DNA of 64,000 bases, taken from NCBI GenBank assembly GCA_965200245.1, contig CBDATS010000008.1, positions 96,001 to 160,000 on the forward strand, written 5' to 3'. The first letter of the stretch is position 1. The number at the start of each line of letters is the position of its first letter. The notes below the pieces were generated by a model, which was given only the letters and a program-made list of their open reading frames with translations, searched no databases and was not told the origin of the DNA. The DNA is from a bacterium (lineage in GTDB: Bacteria > UBA8248). This document shows positions 37,097-47,343 of this stretch, one piece after another. A program made the position numbers and the translations under genes.

Positions 37097-37987
37097 TCAA
37101 CCAGCTTCCCGCACTTTCTTGATAAATGCCGCTACCGCTTGACCAATCTCATCGGGGCAGTCCTCCTGCCCGTAGTGGCGCGTCGGGATGGTAATTTCCT
37201 CCTGATTGGGCCATTCCCTGCAAAACGCGCGCGCGGCGCCTGCCAGCGCGTGTCCATATTCGCAGTTGATGAAAAGCTTGGGCAAATTCTCGCTAGCACG
37301 TAGATAATCGCTGTAGCGCTTCACGATCTCGAAGTTATCCTTCGGTTCGCCCTCGAAGGGAATCTCGCACGCCCATTGGTGGGTCTGCCTTCTTTTCTGG
37401 ATATCCCGAGTGGGTTTTCTGTAGACCTCTTTTTCCGCTTCGCTCAAATTGCGGAAGACACCGCGCTCGAAAAACATAGTCTCAACGAAGAAGTTATTCT
37501 TCATCACCATGGCGAGGCCCGTCTCGCCGCGAAGCATCTGGAACTGCGCGACTCTATCTTCAGGCATGTCTGTCCATAGACGCGGGCGCACCATGGATTC
37601 CATATAGGCGAGGCCTACCACTTGCTCGGGGAAACGTGCAACGCGGTTGAACCCCAGCGTCGCTCCCCAGTCGTGGAGCACGAAAAACGCATCTGTCGTC
37701 GCACCTATCGCCTCGAACCAGGCGTCCATGTAGGGGATGTGGTCCTGATAGCGGCAACCACCGCCCGGGATGTTGTCCGACTCTCCGCTGTTCATGAGAT
37801 CAGGGGCCAGGCACCGCCCCAGTCCCTCCAAATGGGGGATTACGTTCCGCCACAGATAGGAAGTCGCCGGATTCCCGTGCAGCAAAACGATGGGCGGCCC
37901 TTCGCCCTTCTCGAAATACGCCATCTCCGCGTCGAGGACGCGGACCCTTTTTCTCTCGCAGGTGTCATCAGCGGATATGAGACTCAT
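37097..37987 (-). CDS. Haloalkane dehalogenase (HLD-II-like)
   Basis: LHGNPATSYLWRN, HDWG nucleophile, MES acid, HYGQED base. Confidence 0.88.
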   Translation of the reverse strand: MSLISADDTCERKRVRVLDAEMAYFEKGEGPPIVLLHGNPATSYLWRNVIPHLEGLGRCLAPDLMNSGESDNIPGGGCRYQDHIPYMDAWFEAIGATTDAFFVLHDWGATLGFNRVARFPEQVVGLAYMESMVRPRLWTDMPEDRVAQFQMLRGETGLAMVMKNNFFVETMFFERGVFRNLSEAEKEVYRKPTRDIQKRRQTHQWACEIPFEGEPKDNFEIVKRYSDYLRASENLPKLFINCEYGHALAGAARAFCREWPNQEEITIPTRHYGQEDCPDEIGQAVAAFIKKVREAG

Positions 37988-38037
37988 GGAAACTCCTGTA
38001 ACGTGGAGCATGTTTGAGTGCGCGCATCGCGCTCGCT

Positions 38038-38409
38038 TCAGTTGGTCGTTCCCTCTTCCTCGCGAGGTTCGATGAGTTTGAGCCGCGAGGCGCCTTCCAG
38101 CATTCCCGCACGGTAGAGCGTATGCGCCAGGGACTGCGGCGATTTGAAAACCTTAACCTGCTCGGATGCGCTCAAAAGCAGGCGGATGAGGTCCACCATG
38201 CGGGCGACGGCGACGCCGTCCATGAGTTCCAACTCCTCCAAATCGAGGCCCATAGAACCGGCGTCCAGGACTTGAGTTTTTATTTCTTCAAGGACGCGTG
38301 CCGCTCCCCCGGCATTCAGGTCGCCCGAGAGGCTGAAACCCATACCCGAGGCGGATTTTTTGAGTTCAAACCTGGGATGCGAGAGCAGAATTCTTTCTTC
38401 GGATTTCAC
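38038..38409 (-). CDS. STAS-domain-like protein
   Basis: LSGDL, LDLEELELMDGVAVA resemble STAS/MlaB pattern; GTG start inferred. Confidence 0.6.
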   Translation of the reverse strand: MKSEERILLSHPRFELKKSASGMGFSLSGDLNAGGAARVLEEIKTQVLDAGSMGLDLEELELMDGVAVARMVDLIRLLLSASEQVKVFKSPQSLAHTLYRAGMLEGASRLKLIEPREEEGTTN

Positions 38410-38422
38410 TGCAAGCGCAGGT

Positions 38423-39505
38423 TCAGTGGGCGTACGTGAGCGGGAAATCAACGGGCCTGTTTTTTTTCGCGCTATACTCGATCGCCAGCGTAACTTCGAG
38501 CACGGTGCGCGCATGTTCGGGTAGTGCCAACGAGACGCTCCTGCCCATCGTCACACGCTCAAGAAACAGCCTCGTCTCATCTCGCATCGGCCCCCAAAAG
38601 TCTCCCACCAGCCAGTCTCCCGCCATCATGGATTCAAGGAACACGATGTCCGACGTAATACCATCCACATATGGTGAGGGCACGCCCTTGTTCGTCGCCA
38701 TGACAGCGTTTTTGTGTGAATCGTCAATCGCGATGGCGCCCTCGGTGCCCATGACTTCGAGATCGATGGAAGTAATGTTAGCCGGCCAGTTATCCGGCAG
38801 TATCCACGAGCAGCCGAAGTTTACTGTGCCGCCGTCCTCGAAGGTCAGGATCGCCCACGCCCAGTCTCCACAGCCCATCGGATGGTGCGGGAACACCTTG
38901 CTACCCCCCTGGGCATAGGCACGATGGGGTTTTCTGCCCTCGAAATACCAGAGGCAGATGTCTACCATGTATGTGAGCGTATCAGTGACGGGACCGGCAT
39001 GAGCAGCGCGCTTGTATATTTCTGCCCCGTTGGTGGTGACGTTATAGAGCGTGGCGCGCGCGGTCTGGAGATGCCCCAGCCGGCCCCGCTGAATCTGTTC
39101 CTTGGCGTTCAGGAATCGCCGCCTTTGCCGCTGTGTGTAGCCGATAAAGAGCTCAGCACTCGATTTCTCATACGCTGCAAGAATCCTGTCCGCATCCTCA
39201 AGCGACAATGAAATCGGCTTCTCGCACAGCACGGGTTTTCCGAGTTCCAGTGCTCGGCAGACAGCATCAGCGTGATCGAACTCGGGCGTGGAGACGATCA
39301 CGGCGTCCACATCAGGATGTGCGATTACCGCCTCGTTGTCGTCGGTGTGATAATCGGCCTGCGTCTCCTCGGCGATCAGTTTTGCACGCGTCGGGTCCTT
39401 GTCTGATAAGGCGAGGAATTTCACCTCCGGCGAGCCGGACGCCAGATGCGCACGCAACCGCCCCATGCGCCCAGAACCCACGATTCCCAGTCCGATTTGT
39501 TTCAC
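38423..39505 (-). CDS. Gfo/Idh/MocA family oxidoreductase (paralog 1)
   Basis: GIVGSGRMG Rossmann, VSTPEFDH, CEKP. Confidence 0.9.
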   Translation of the reverse strand: MKQIGLGIVGSGRMGRLRAHLASGSPEVKFLALSDKDPTRAKLIAEETQADYHTDDNEAVIAHPDVDAVIVSTPEFDHADAVCRALELGKPVLCEKPISLSLEDADRILAAYEKSSAELFIGYTQRQRRRFLNAKEQIQRGRLGHLQTARATLYNVTTNGAEIYKRAAHAGPVTDTLTYMVDICLWYFEGRKPHRAYAQGGSKVFPHHPMGCGDWAWAILTFEDGGTVNFGCSWILPDNWPANITSIDLEVMGTEGAIAIDDSHKNAVMATNKGVPSPYVDGITSDIVFLESMMAGDWLVGDFWGPMRDETRLFLERVTMGRSVSLALPEHARTVLEVTLAIEYSAKKNRPVDFPLTYAH

Positions 39506-39628
39506 TTTTCATCCCTTCGTATATGAACTGAATGGACAGGGGAAACATTCTGTCTCATTCATTTCATGGCAAACAGCGGTCCTCATTTAAATTGCCAGAA
39601 TTGACTTTCCGGATAGCCCCTCCTTACA

Positions 39629-39880
39629 CTAACAACAGCGCTCCGCACGCTGGAGCAATCGCTTGGCCCGCAAGACGGTCGGAATTTCAACCATCTGGCT
39701 ATCGAGTTGCACTGCGCCTTTGCCAGTTTTCTCCGCTTGTCGAGCGGCGGCGATAACGTACGGCCACCACTTCATTCGCAGAAAACATAAAAACCGGTTG
39801 AAGCGTTCAACCTGTCCCGGATGGTCTGCGAAACCGCCCTGCGGAGCCATCCGCCGTCCCCAAGCTGCGCCGGTTCCGGA
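39629..39880 (-). pseudogene. C-terminal remnant of a CitE/HpcH-like CoA-ester lyase
   Basis: Fragments AQLG.DG, HPGQVERFNRF, GKGAVQLDSQMVEIPTVLRAKRLL match the CitE-family C-terminus; no N-terminal part. Confidence 0.65.
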
Positions 39881-39906
39881 GAATACGGGAGAGCCGCTTC
39901 ACTTAC

Positions 39907-40998
39907 TCATCCGGTAAACGGCAGTTCGATGACCTCGCCGCTCCGGCGGGCGCTCTCTTCCATCGCGAGTGTAAGTTCGAGGACGGCGCGGCCGGTTTCC
40001 GCATCGCAGAGCGGCACTTCCTTTCCGGTGGTGACGCGCTCCAGGAAAAGTCTCGTCTCGTCTCTCATCGGCCCCACGAAATCGCCCACGGCCCAATCCC
40101 CCGGCATGGCAGAGCCCAGGAAGGCAACCTCCACCGAAGAATCCGGCGCATAGGGCGATGGGACGCGCTCGTTGCCCACCATCATCACGTCCTTGTGACC
40201 GTCGTCGATGCGGATGGCGCCCTCGCTCCCGAAGATGTCCATGCTGATAGTCGCCACCGTGGCGGGCCAGTATTCGGGTAGTGCCCAGTTTCCACCCAGA
40301 CACACCGCCGCGCCATCTTCGAAGGTCACGACCGCCCAGCCGTAATCGCCCATCTGATCAGGGTGATCGTGAAACACCTCACTGCCTGCCTGTGCGTAGA
40401 CGCGAATCGGTTTTCTCGGCTGGAAGAACCAGAGCGCCATGTCGGCCATGTAGGTAATCTCGTCCGTGAAGGGATTCGCGTGCGGGGCACGCAAGTAGAC
40501 CTGCCGCGCCGTGGGACGAGTGTTATAGATGGTCATACGTGCAGTCATCAACTCGCCCAAGCGGCCTGCGTCGATATGTTCCTTGATGGACAGGAATTTT
40601 CGCCTGATTCGCTGTGTATAGCCGATGTAAAGCTCTGCCCCTCCCTTGGTTTTGGACTCCATAATCCTGTCCGCATCAGACAGCGTCAGTGCAATGGGCT
40701 TTTCCACCAAAACAGGTTTTCCGACTTCGAGCGCCATGCAGATGGCCTCGGTGTGCTCGCCTTCGGGTGTCGAGACGATGAGGGCGTCCACTTGGGGATG
40801 TTCGATGACCTCCCTGTTGTCCGACGTATGAAAGGCCGCCTCGTTCTGCTGGGCCACGGCCCGGGCGCGTTCTGGGTCAATGTCCGATATGGCGAAAAAG
40901 TTCACCACCGGCGAGGTAGCCGCCAAGTGCGCGCGAAGCGAACCTATCTTGCCCGCGCCGATCAGGCCGACGCCGACTTCTTTTTTCTGAATCACCAT
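39907..40998 (-). CDS. Gfo/Idh/MocA family oxidoreductase (paralog 2)
   Basis: GLIGAGKIG, VSTPEGEH, VEKP; clearly similar to 38423..39505. Confidence 0.9.
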   Translation of the reverse strand: MVIQKKEVGVGLIGAGKIGSLRAHLAATSPVVNFFAISDIDPERARAVAQQNEAAFHTSDNREVIEHPQVDALIVSTPEGEHTEAICMALEVGKPVLVEKPIALTLSDADRIMESKTKGGAELYIGYTQRIRRKFLSIKEHIDAGRLGELMTARMTIYNTRPTARQVYLRAPHANPFTDEITYMADMALWFFQPRKPIRVYAQAGSEVFHDHPDQMGDYGWAVVTFEDGAAVCLGGNWALPEYWPATVATISMDIFGSEGAIRIDDGHKDVMMVGNERVPSPYAPDSSVEVAFLGSAMPGDWAVGDFVGPMRDETRLFLERVTTGKEVPLCDAETGRAVLELTLAMEESARRSGEVIELPFTG

Positions 40999-41219
40999 CC
41001 TGAAATCTCCCTGAAGTCCGGCGAATCCTACATTCCCGGCTCGCCCGTCGCAAGGCGCGCAAGACTCTGCAATGAAAACGGCGAGAGGCCGATTGTGATG
41101 AGTCGACACAATGGAACGGCGGAACGAGGAAAGCATCCGCCCTGGCGAAGTAGGCGATAAAATCTTATAGTGCGTCGCCGAACTACAGAAAATTGAAAAT
41201 CACCGCAGGAGGGTTCCCC

Positions 41220-42269
41220 TTGCGTACCGAAAATTCACTCGCCGCCATTTTGCATGAACCAGGACGACTCGAACTAACCGAGCGGCCTGTACCCGAGCCG
41301 GGACCGGGCGAGGTACTTGTCGAAGTCGGCGCCTGCGCGATATGCGGCAGTGATTTCCACTTGATAGACGGCCACGTGTGGCGCGCAAAGTATCCTGTCG
41401 TGCCGGGCCATGAACTCATGGGCGTGGTGAGCGCGCTGGGTCCCGGCGTGGAAGGCGTGGCGGTCGGTGCGCGTGCCTGCATCGAGAATCATGTACACTG
41501 CGGGGCGTGTTATTTCTGCAGGATGGGCCGGGTGAACCTTTGCAACGACTCGCGTTCTATCGGCATGAACGTGGACGGCGGCTATAGCCAACATGTAATT
41601 GCGCCCGCGAAGTGCGTGTTGCCTCTCCCGGACGCGCTGGATGACGCTACGGCGTCCGTGATGCAGACACTGGGCACGGGCTATCACGTGGTGATGAACC
41701 GTGCGCGATTAGATGCAGGCGAGACCGTGGCCATTATCGGAATGGGACCGGTGGGCATGTGCGCACTGGCGTCCGCCAAATACGCGGGATGCCGCGTTAT
41801 CGCCATCGACGCTGTGGTGGAAAGACTCGAAGTCGCCCGCGAGATGGGAGCGGATGAGACGATTGACGTGCAAGAGGACGACCCCGTCTCCGCTGTAAAG
41901 GACCTGACGGACGGGCACGGGGCGGACGCTGTTTTGGAAGTCGTGGGCGGAGCGCAGAACAAAACGATGGAGGAAGCCTTCGAGATGGTACGCAAGGGAG
42001 GGCGCATCGTGGTTGTGGGCGCGTTTTCGGTAGATGCGTCTGTACCGCTCGAACATCTTCAGCATCTCGAAAAAGAGATTATCGGCTCGCGCGGGCATCC
42101 TGACACCTTCGAGGTTTGCATCGACCTCGCCGCTTCTGGGAAGCTGAACGTAAAGCCCATGATCACGCACCAGATACCGCTTTCCATGGTGCACCGGGGC
42201 ATTGAGATGATGCGTGAGCGCAAAGACGGGGCCATCAAGGTGGTGCTCATCCCGAAAGAACAAGGCTGA
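41220..42269 (+). CDS. Zinc-dependent medium-chain alcohol dehydrogenase (threonine/sorbitol dehydrogenase-like)
   Basis: ICGSD, GHE, CGACYFC...C structural Zn site, GMGPVG; AGGAGG before TTG 41220. Confidence 0.92.
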   Translation: MRTENSLAAILHEPGRLELTERPVPEPGPGEVLVEVGACAICGSDFHLIDGHVWRAKYPVVPGHELMGVVSALGPGVEGVAVGARACIENHVHCGACYFCRMGRVNLCNDSRSIGMNVDGGYSQHVIAPAKCVLPLPDALDDATASVMQTLGTGYHVVMNRARLDAGETVAIIGMGPVGMCALASAKYAGCRVIAIDAVVERLEVAREMGADETIDVQEDDPVSAVKDLTDGHGADAVLEVVGGAQNKTMEEAFEMVRKGGRIVVVGAFSVDASVPLEHLQHLEKEIIGSRGHPDTFEVCIDLAASGKLNVKPMITHQIPLSMVHRGIEMMRERKDGAIKVVLIPKEQG

Positions 42270-42354
42270 GTCCAGGACGCTCCGCGCCGATTCTGATTTA
42301 CCTCTTTGGAAAAGACAATCAACGGGGAACACAAGCAGGGAGACAAAAGCGATC

Positions 42355-43245
42355 ATGCAAAGAGAACAAACTATCGGCTTCATCGGTCTGGGCCTCATGG
42401 GCCGGGCGTTTTCCAGAAACCTCATCGAGGATGGCTACCGGCTCGTGGGTGCGGACCCGGTTGCTGCAGCGCGCGAGGCGTTCGAGGACATGGGCGGCGT
42501 TGCTCTCGCATCGCCGAAGGAGGTGGCCGAGGCGGCGGATTTCGTATTCATCTCAGTGCCGAACTCGAAAATATCACTCGAATGCGCGCAGGGGGACGAA
42601 GGCTATTTCACAGCCGACCCGGACAAAAAGCCAAAGGCCGTTATCGACACCACCACTTCGGATCCGAACGATACGCGCGAAATCGCCAAGCTATGTGCTG
42701 AACGCGGCATTGATTTTATGGAGGCGTGCGTGAGCGGAAACAGCGAGAACGTGAAAAACCGATCGGGCCTGTTTCTCGTAGGCGGCGAGGAGCGGACTCA
42801 CGCGCTTGTGAAAGACATTTTCGAGCGTCTACTTTCGGATCAGATCTACTGCGGTGCAGCGGGCGACGGCGCGACGATGAAGGTACTCATAAACTATCTC
42901 ACCTGCCTGCAGCGATGCGCCATCGCGGAAACCCTGCGCATGGGTCTGAGATCGGGTGTAAAGGGAGAACTATTGCTTGATGCTTTCATGAGGAGCGCCG
43001 CCGACAGTAGACAACTCAGAAATCGCGGTCCCCGGATGGTGAGCGGAGACTTTTCGAACCCCGTAAGCACGCTCGACGTGCTGACCAAGGATATCAAGCT
43101 CGGCCTCGCCCTGGGCCAGAGCGTGAACGCAAACATGCCGCTGGGCGATCTTTGTCTGCCCTTTTTCACGGAAGGTCAGAAAATAGGGCTCGGCTCCCTC
43201 GACAGCGCAGCCATCTATAAGGTGTTCGAAGCGCGGGAGGGCTAA
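42355..43245 (+). CDS. Beta-hydroxyacid dehydrogenase (3-hydroxyisobutyrate dehydrogenase family)
   Basis: IGFIGLGLMG, EACVSG, catalytic Lys in MKVLIN, KDIKL. Confidence 0.88.
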   Translation: MQREQTIGFIGLGLMGRAFSRNLIEDGYRLVGADPVAAAREAFEDMGGVALASPKEVAEAADFVFISVPNSKISLECAQGDEGYFTADPDKKPKAVIDTTTSDPNDTREIAKLCAERGIDFMEACVSGNSENVKNRSGLFLVGGEERTHALVKDIFERLLSDQIYCGAAGDGATMKVLINYLTCLQRCAIAETLRMGLRSGVKGELLLDAFMRSAADSRQLRNRGPRMVSGDFSNPVSTLDVLTKDIKLGLALGQSVNANMPLGDLCLPFFTEGQKIGLGSLDSAAIYKVFEAREG

Positions 43246-43709
43246 GGGCGGATATGCAGGGTGAGGATAGTTTCCACGGGCGCGTCGTAGGTGAGTTCGT
43301 TGATGTTCAGGGCCGCGCGCGCGTGTTTTCCCCGTTCCTCGCCAAGCACTTCGACGAGGAGGTCGCTCTCCCCGTTCACCACCCAAGGCGCCTCCGTAAA
43401 ACCGGGCGCACTGTTCACATAACCGACGAGACGCACGGCCCTGACGACGCGATCGAGATCGCCCCCCAGGCATTCTTTCGCCATGGCGAGGTGGTTCAAG
43501 CCGCACAAGCGCGCCGAGCGGTAGCCCTCCTCTACACTCACACCGCCGCCGAGCTTCCCCCGAACGGGGATTTCTCCGTTGTACTGGCCGATAGTGCCGG
43601 CGAGGAAAAGCACCTCGCCCACCGCCACGCCGGGGATATAGTTCGCCACGGCAGGTGGGACTTCGGGAAGTTCGATCCCGAGTTCCTCAAGCCTCTTTTC
43701 GATGCTCAT
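43242..43709 (-). CDS. RidA/YjgF family protein
   Basis: IEKRLEELGIELP, ANYIP, VNGESDLL, HARAA. Confidence 0.88.
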   Translation of the reverse strand: MSIEKRLEELGIELPEVPPAVANYIPGVAVGEVLFLAGTIGQYNGEIPVRGKLGGGVSVEEGYRSARLCGLNHLAMAKECLGGDLDRVVRAVRLVGYVNSAPGFTEAPWVVNGESDLLVEVLGEERGKHARAALNINELTYDAPVETILTLHIRP

Positions 43710-43975
43710 TTCCAAGCTCCATGCCTGGGGAGGAAACAAATCGGGAAGACACTCCCTACGCCTCGGTGAATTTGTCCGCCCTTGATCCAATTTGCCAAAA
43801 CGATGGTAGCACAACCCTACCTGCTTGTGCCAGATTGTATCGACCCGCTCAAGGGCAGCGCACCGCAAGGTGGCGAGTGTCACCTTGCGGCCTTTTGGGA
43901 AAGGCGCGATGATGAGGCGTCTATTCGAAACGTACAGCGTGATCGATTTTATCCATGCAGAGGAGTGGAAAATTC

Positions 43976-44308
43976 ATGAGCAGTGAACTTGCGGCCAAAA
44001 ATTGCGTACCTTGCAGGGGAGGCGTACCGCCGCTCAAGGGAGAGGCTCTCTCTGCCCTGCAGAAGGAACTGGGCAACGATTGGCGTGTGGTGGACGAGCA
44101 TCACCTGGAGAAAGAATACGGTTTTCCCGATTTCCGGGCGGCGCTCGACTTTACGAACCGCGTGGGCGAGATGGCCGAGGAGCAGGGCCATCATCCCGAT
44201 ATCTATCTGGCGTGGGGGAAGGTGAAGGTCACCGTCTGGACGCACAAGATTGACGGCTTGACGGAGAGCGATTTCGTCTTCGCGGCCAAATCGGATCAGG
44301 TGCTCTAG
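43976..44308 (+). CDS. Pterin-4-alpha-carbinolamine dehydratase
   Basis: CVPCRGG, EEQGHHPDI, WTHKIDGLTESDF. Confidence 0.93.
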   Translation: MSSELAAKNCVPCRGGVPPLKGEALSALQKELGNDWRVVDEHHLEKEYGFPDFRAALDFTNRVGEMAEEQGHHPDIYLAWGKVKVTVWTHKIDGLTESDFVFAAKSDQVL

Positions 44309-44382
44309 GGAACGCATAATTTTCGTCAGGAAACTCAGAGAGGGCGCATGATTGCGCCTTCTTTTTGTGGGAGAAACGAGGA

Positions 44383-45444
44383 TTGCGTATCGCTTTTTTG
44401 AACTCCTGGACTCTCGATGTCGCGAGAGGATCGGGCACGGCGGCGGCCGTCACGGGACTGGCGGAGGGGCTTGAGTCCATCGGGCACGCAGTGGAGATCA
44501 TCGGCCCGAACGAGCGCGCATCAAGCCTTTTGCTTGGCAGGCTCCTTTACAACCTGGAACTTCGGGACCGCGTACCGTTCGATGATTTTGACCTCATTGT
44601 GGGCTTTGACATCGACGGTTTTGATTTGAGCGTAGACGTCCCGTATATCGTCTACCTGCACGGCATCTCGGCCGATGAAATGCGATTCGAGCGCGGCGCG
44701 CCTCGTCATTATCTTCGTGTCCTCTCCCACCTCGAGCGTGCCAATGTGCATCGCGCGGACAGAGTGATCGTCACCAGCGAATACAGTCGGGGCGTGGCGT
44801 GCGAGGCGTACGGCTTGGTGGCGGAAAAGATCGGCGTCACGGGAAACGGGATTCATCCGGGCCATTGGCAGCGTGTGCGGGAGACACGGCGCCCATCGGG
44901 TCACACCATTCTCTCGGTGGCGCGGCAATACCCAAGAAAAAACACGAAAAGTCTCATCCAAGCCATGTCGCGCGTGGTCACGGTCGTGCCTGAAGCCAGG
45001 CTGCGTGTCGTGGGCGGCGGGCCAAGCCTCAAATATCTCGAAAAACAAGTCGGCAGGCTGGGTCTCGAAAGCGTCGTAACGCTCTTTGGCGAGGTGCACG
45101 ACGATGCAGCCGTGCGAAGTGAATACGCAGCCGCGGACATATTTTGCCTTCCTTCGCTTCAGGAGGGCTTCGGCATCGCGTTTCTGGAAGCCATGGCAAC
45201 GGGCCTGCCCGTGGTGGCACTCGACGTCGCCGCGGCACCCGAGGTAATCGGTGATGCGGGTATTCTGACACCCCCGGGGAATGAGACTGCCCTGGCCGAT
45301 GCACTTATCGATTTGCTCGAGAACGAGGCCTTGCGTGAAGAATTCGGCCGGCGCGGTGTCGAGCGCGCGGCGTCCTTCAGTTGGCGCGCCGCGGCGGAGC
45401 GTTTCATCCGTGAAGTTTCCCCCTGCCTCGGCGGCACTCCCTGA
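44383..45444 (+). CDS. Glycosyltransferase family 4 (GT-B)
   Basis: VARQYPRKN, PSLQEGFGIAFLEAMATGLPVV. Confidence 0.92.
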   Translation: MRIAFLNSWTLDVARGSGTAAAVTGLAEGLESIGHAVEIIGPNERASSLLLGRLLYNLELRDRVPFDDFDLIVGFDIDGFDLSVDVPYIVYLHGISADEMRFERGAPRHYLRVLSHLERANVHRADRVIVTSEYSRGVACEAYGLVAEKIGVTGNGIHPGHWQRVRETRRPSGHTILSVARQYPRKNTKSLIQAMSRVVTVVPEARLRVVGGGPSLKYLEKQVGRLGLESVVTLFGEVHDDAAVRSEYAAADIFCLPSLQEGFGIAFLEAMATGLPVVALDVAAAPEVIGDAGILTPPGNETALADALIDLLENEALREEFGRRGVERAASFSWRAAAERFIREVSPCLGGTP

Positions 45445-45969
45445 TTCTCCTGAATCGGGCTCGTGCCACTATATCCTTAATTTGCCGGCCGGAGACGACT
45501 CCCAGCCCTCTCGCCACATCACGCATTGAATGCGAAATTTCTTCATCGTGCCCAGCGCGATTCCTGTCGCTACTTCCGCCGAACATAGTGAATCATCTCG
45601 CGAAGTCCAGAGCGTCGCAACGCCTCCGACCTGCCCGAAACCTGGCGGCCATGAACCTACCCTGATTTGCGCAAGTCGCCAAGGGAGGAATCAGAAAACG
45701 CGATGACGGCGATATCCTGCAAGTGTTGCAATCCCGCCACCGGATCTACAAGACTCAGTAAGACCAGAAATATCCCCCATACACGAGGTGGCGGGGGGAT
45801 AGTCATGGATTCCTCCTGGAGCGTCTGCGCACGTGTCAGGAAGCGCAGTTCACTTCGACTCGGTATTTCAGCAAAGGGAAATTCCCGGCATTGGAAGGGG
45901 AGGGCTTCGTCGCCTCTTTCCCCGTCGTCATTCGCCAGCCCCTCTCGTGCAGTCTTCTCTGCGAATGCA

Positions 45970-46874
45970 TCAGTCACCGAAGAAGAATTTCACGCCGAGC
46001 ACAAGGGACCAGTGATCCATGCCGCTGATTTTGGTGAAATTCGCCAGATTGGGAACCGGATGACGGATATAGCTGCCCCTGGCTTCCATGTCGTCCACCA
46101 TGGAGTAGGTGAGCTTGAGGCCGAGCAGCACCCGCTTGTTCAGGCGGTAATCGAGGCCGGCGTGGAAGTGCGCGGAAAAGACGGCGTCGGTGATGTCCTC
46201 GTGCTGGACACTGTCGTACGTTGTGATGTCTGGCAAACCACGCAGGCCTGTGCAGTCCGGCGCGGTAAAGTCCCTGCACCTGTAGTGACCCAAGAAAATC
46301 AAGTCCGAGAGTTCGACGAAGGAAACGCCCGCTCCTGCACCCAGGTAAGGCGTGAAGCGAGTACCCTGTAGCGGGAAGTCGTAATAGGCGTTAAGCGAGA
46401 GAGTGCGGGTCGTCAATTCATCGACATGGCATAGACAAAGCTTTGATGAACATTGACCTCGCTCTCCGGACGGGGAATGATAGGTTCGCCGCCCCAGTAG
46501 GTGATACCGGTGAATTCCTGCTTGACGTCATTTGCTCGCTGGGTGAAGGCCAGTTCCAGGCGGAACGCGCCGAAAGCGTGGCCAATGGAAACGTCGAACG
46601 CAGTGCCGTCATCCGCCAGGAGATCATAGTACCATCGGTAGCCATCGGGCGCGCCGCCGACCAGATGGCTGCAGTCATCCTCAGGGTAGCAGATGTTGTC
46701 GCGGTTACGGCCCGCCTGCTTCAGGCCGGAAGTCCTGTTCATCCCGACAGCGGCACCCATGTACTATCCCGAACGCTTCGGTTCCTCGGCCATGCTGGTT
46801 TCCGTCGCGCCGAGGGTGAGGCAGAGTCCCAGAATGATCCATACGATGCGTATTTTCCCCGGGTGAAATCGCAT
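45970..46874 (-). pseudogene. Disrupted outer-membrane beta-barrel (opacity/P44-like)
   Basis: Signal peptide ORF, in-frame TAG at 46764-46766, continuation, frameshift about 46430-46445, then LNAYYDF...PYLGAGAG...LGVKFFF. Confidence 0.8.
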
Positions 46875-47343
46875 TTTCTTCTCCTTTTTGAACGTATCGA
46901 GCCGTTCCTGTCGGCCGTAAAATTCCGTATAATTTAAGTGGTGGTTGTCCACTTGATTAACCAAACTACAATATGCATGTAAGGAATTTCTCACTTATAT
47001 AAAGTGCCAAGCAATTTTGGAGGCTCGTGAAAAAACGATGCATCTTCTCTATGACCTAGCACAATAAACGAAAGGCGTCAGGTGTGCGCATGAAAGGATG
47101 AAAAGTATCATATCAAGATAAGAGGTAAAAGAAATTTAGTGAGTCTTGGACATATTCTAGAAGACAAAAAATGCAGTCGTTCCGGGGTGAGATCAAGGAA
47201 ATATTACAGAAAAACCCGGTGGAGAAAAATAAAGCAGATGTGAAAATTCGGTATATTCAAGATGTTTTTCAACAAAACTGCAAATTTATCCTATTGGTTT
47301 TCAAAGGGGTACGACAAAATACACCTTTTCAGGGGGCTTGAGG

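Noticed and set aside
45860-45900. AAAGGGAA as a possible cobalamin riboswitch core
   Set aside because: The following GGTG...AATCC and ACTGT elements are missing and there is no suitable downstream gene on that strand
46764-46766. In-frame TAG as possible pyrrolysine or recoding
   Set aside because: The same gene also has a frameshift, and TAG is a normal stop elsewhere in the window (ffh, recA, frr)
46995-47340. AT-rich intergenic tract as possible ncRNA, origin or CRISPR leader
   Set aside because: No repeats, DnaA-box cluster or stable structure seen; probably promoter DNA
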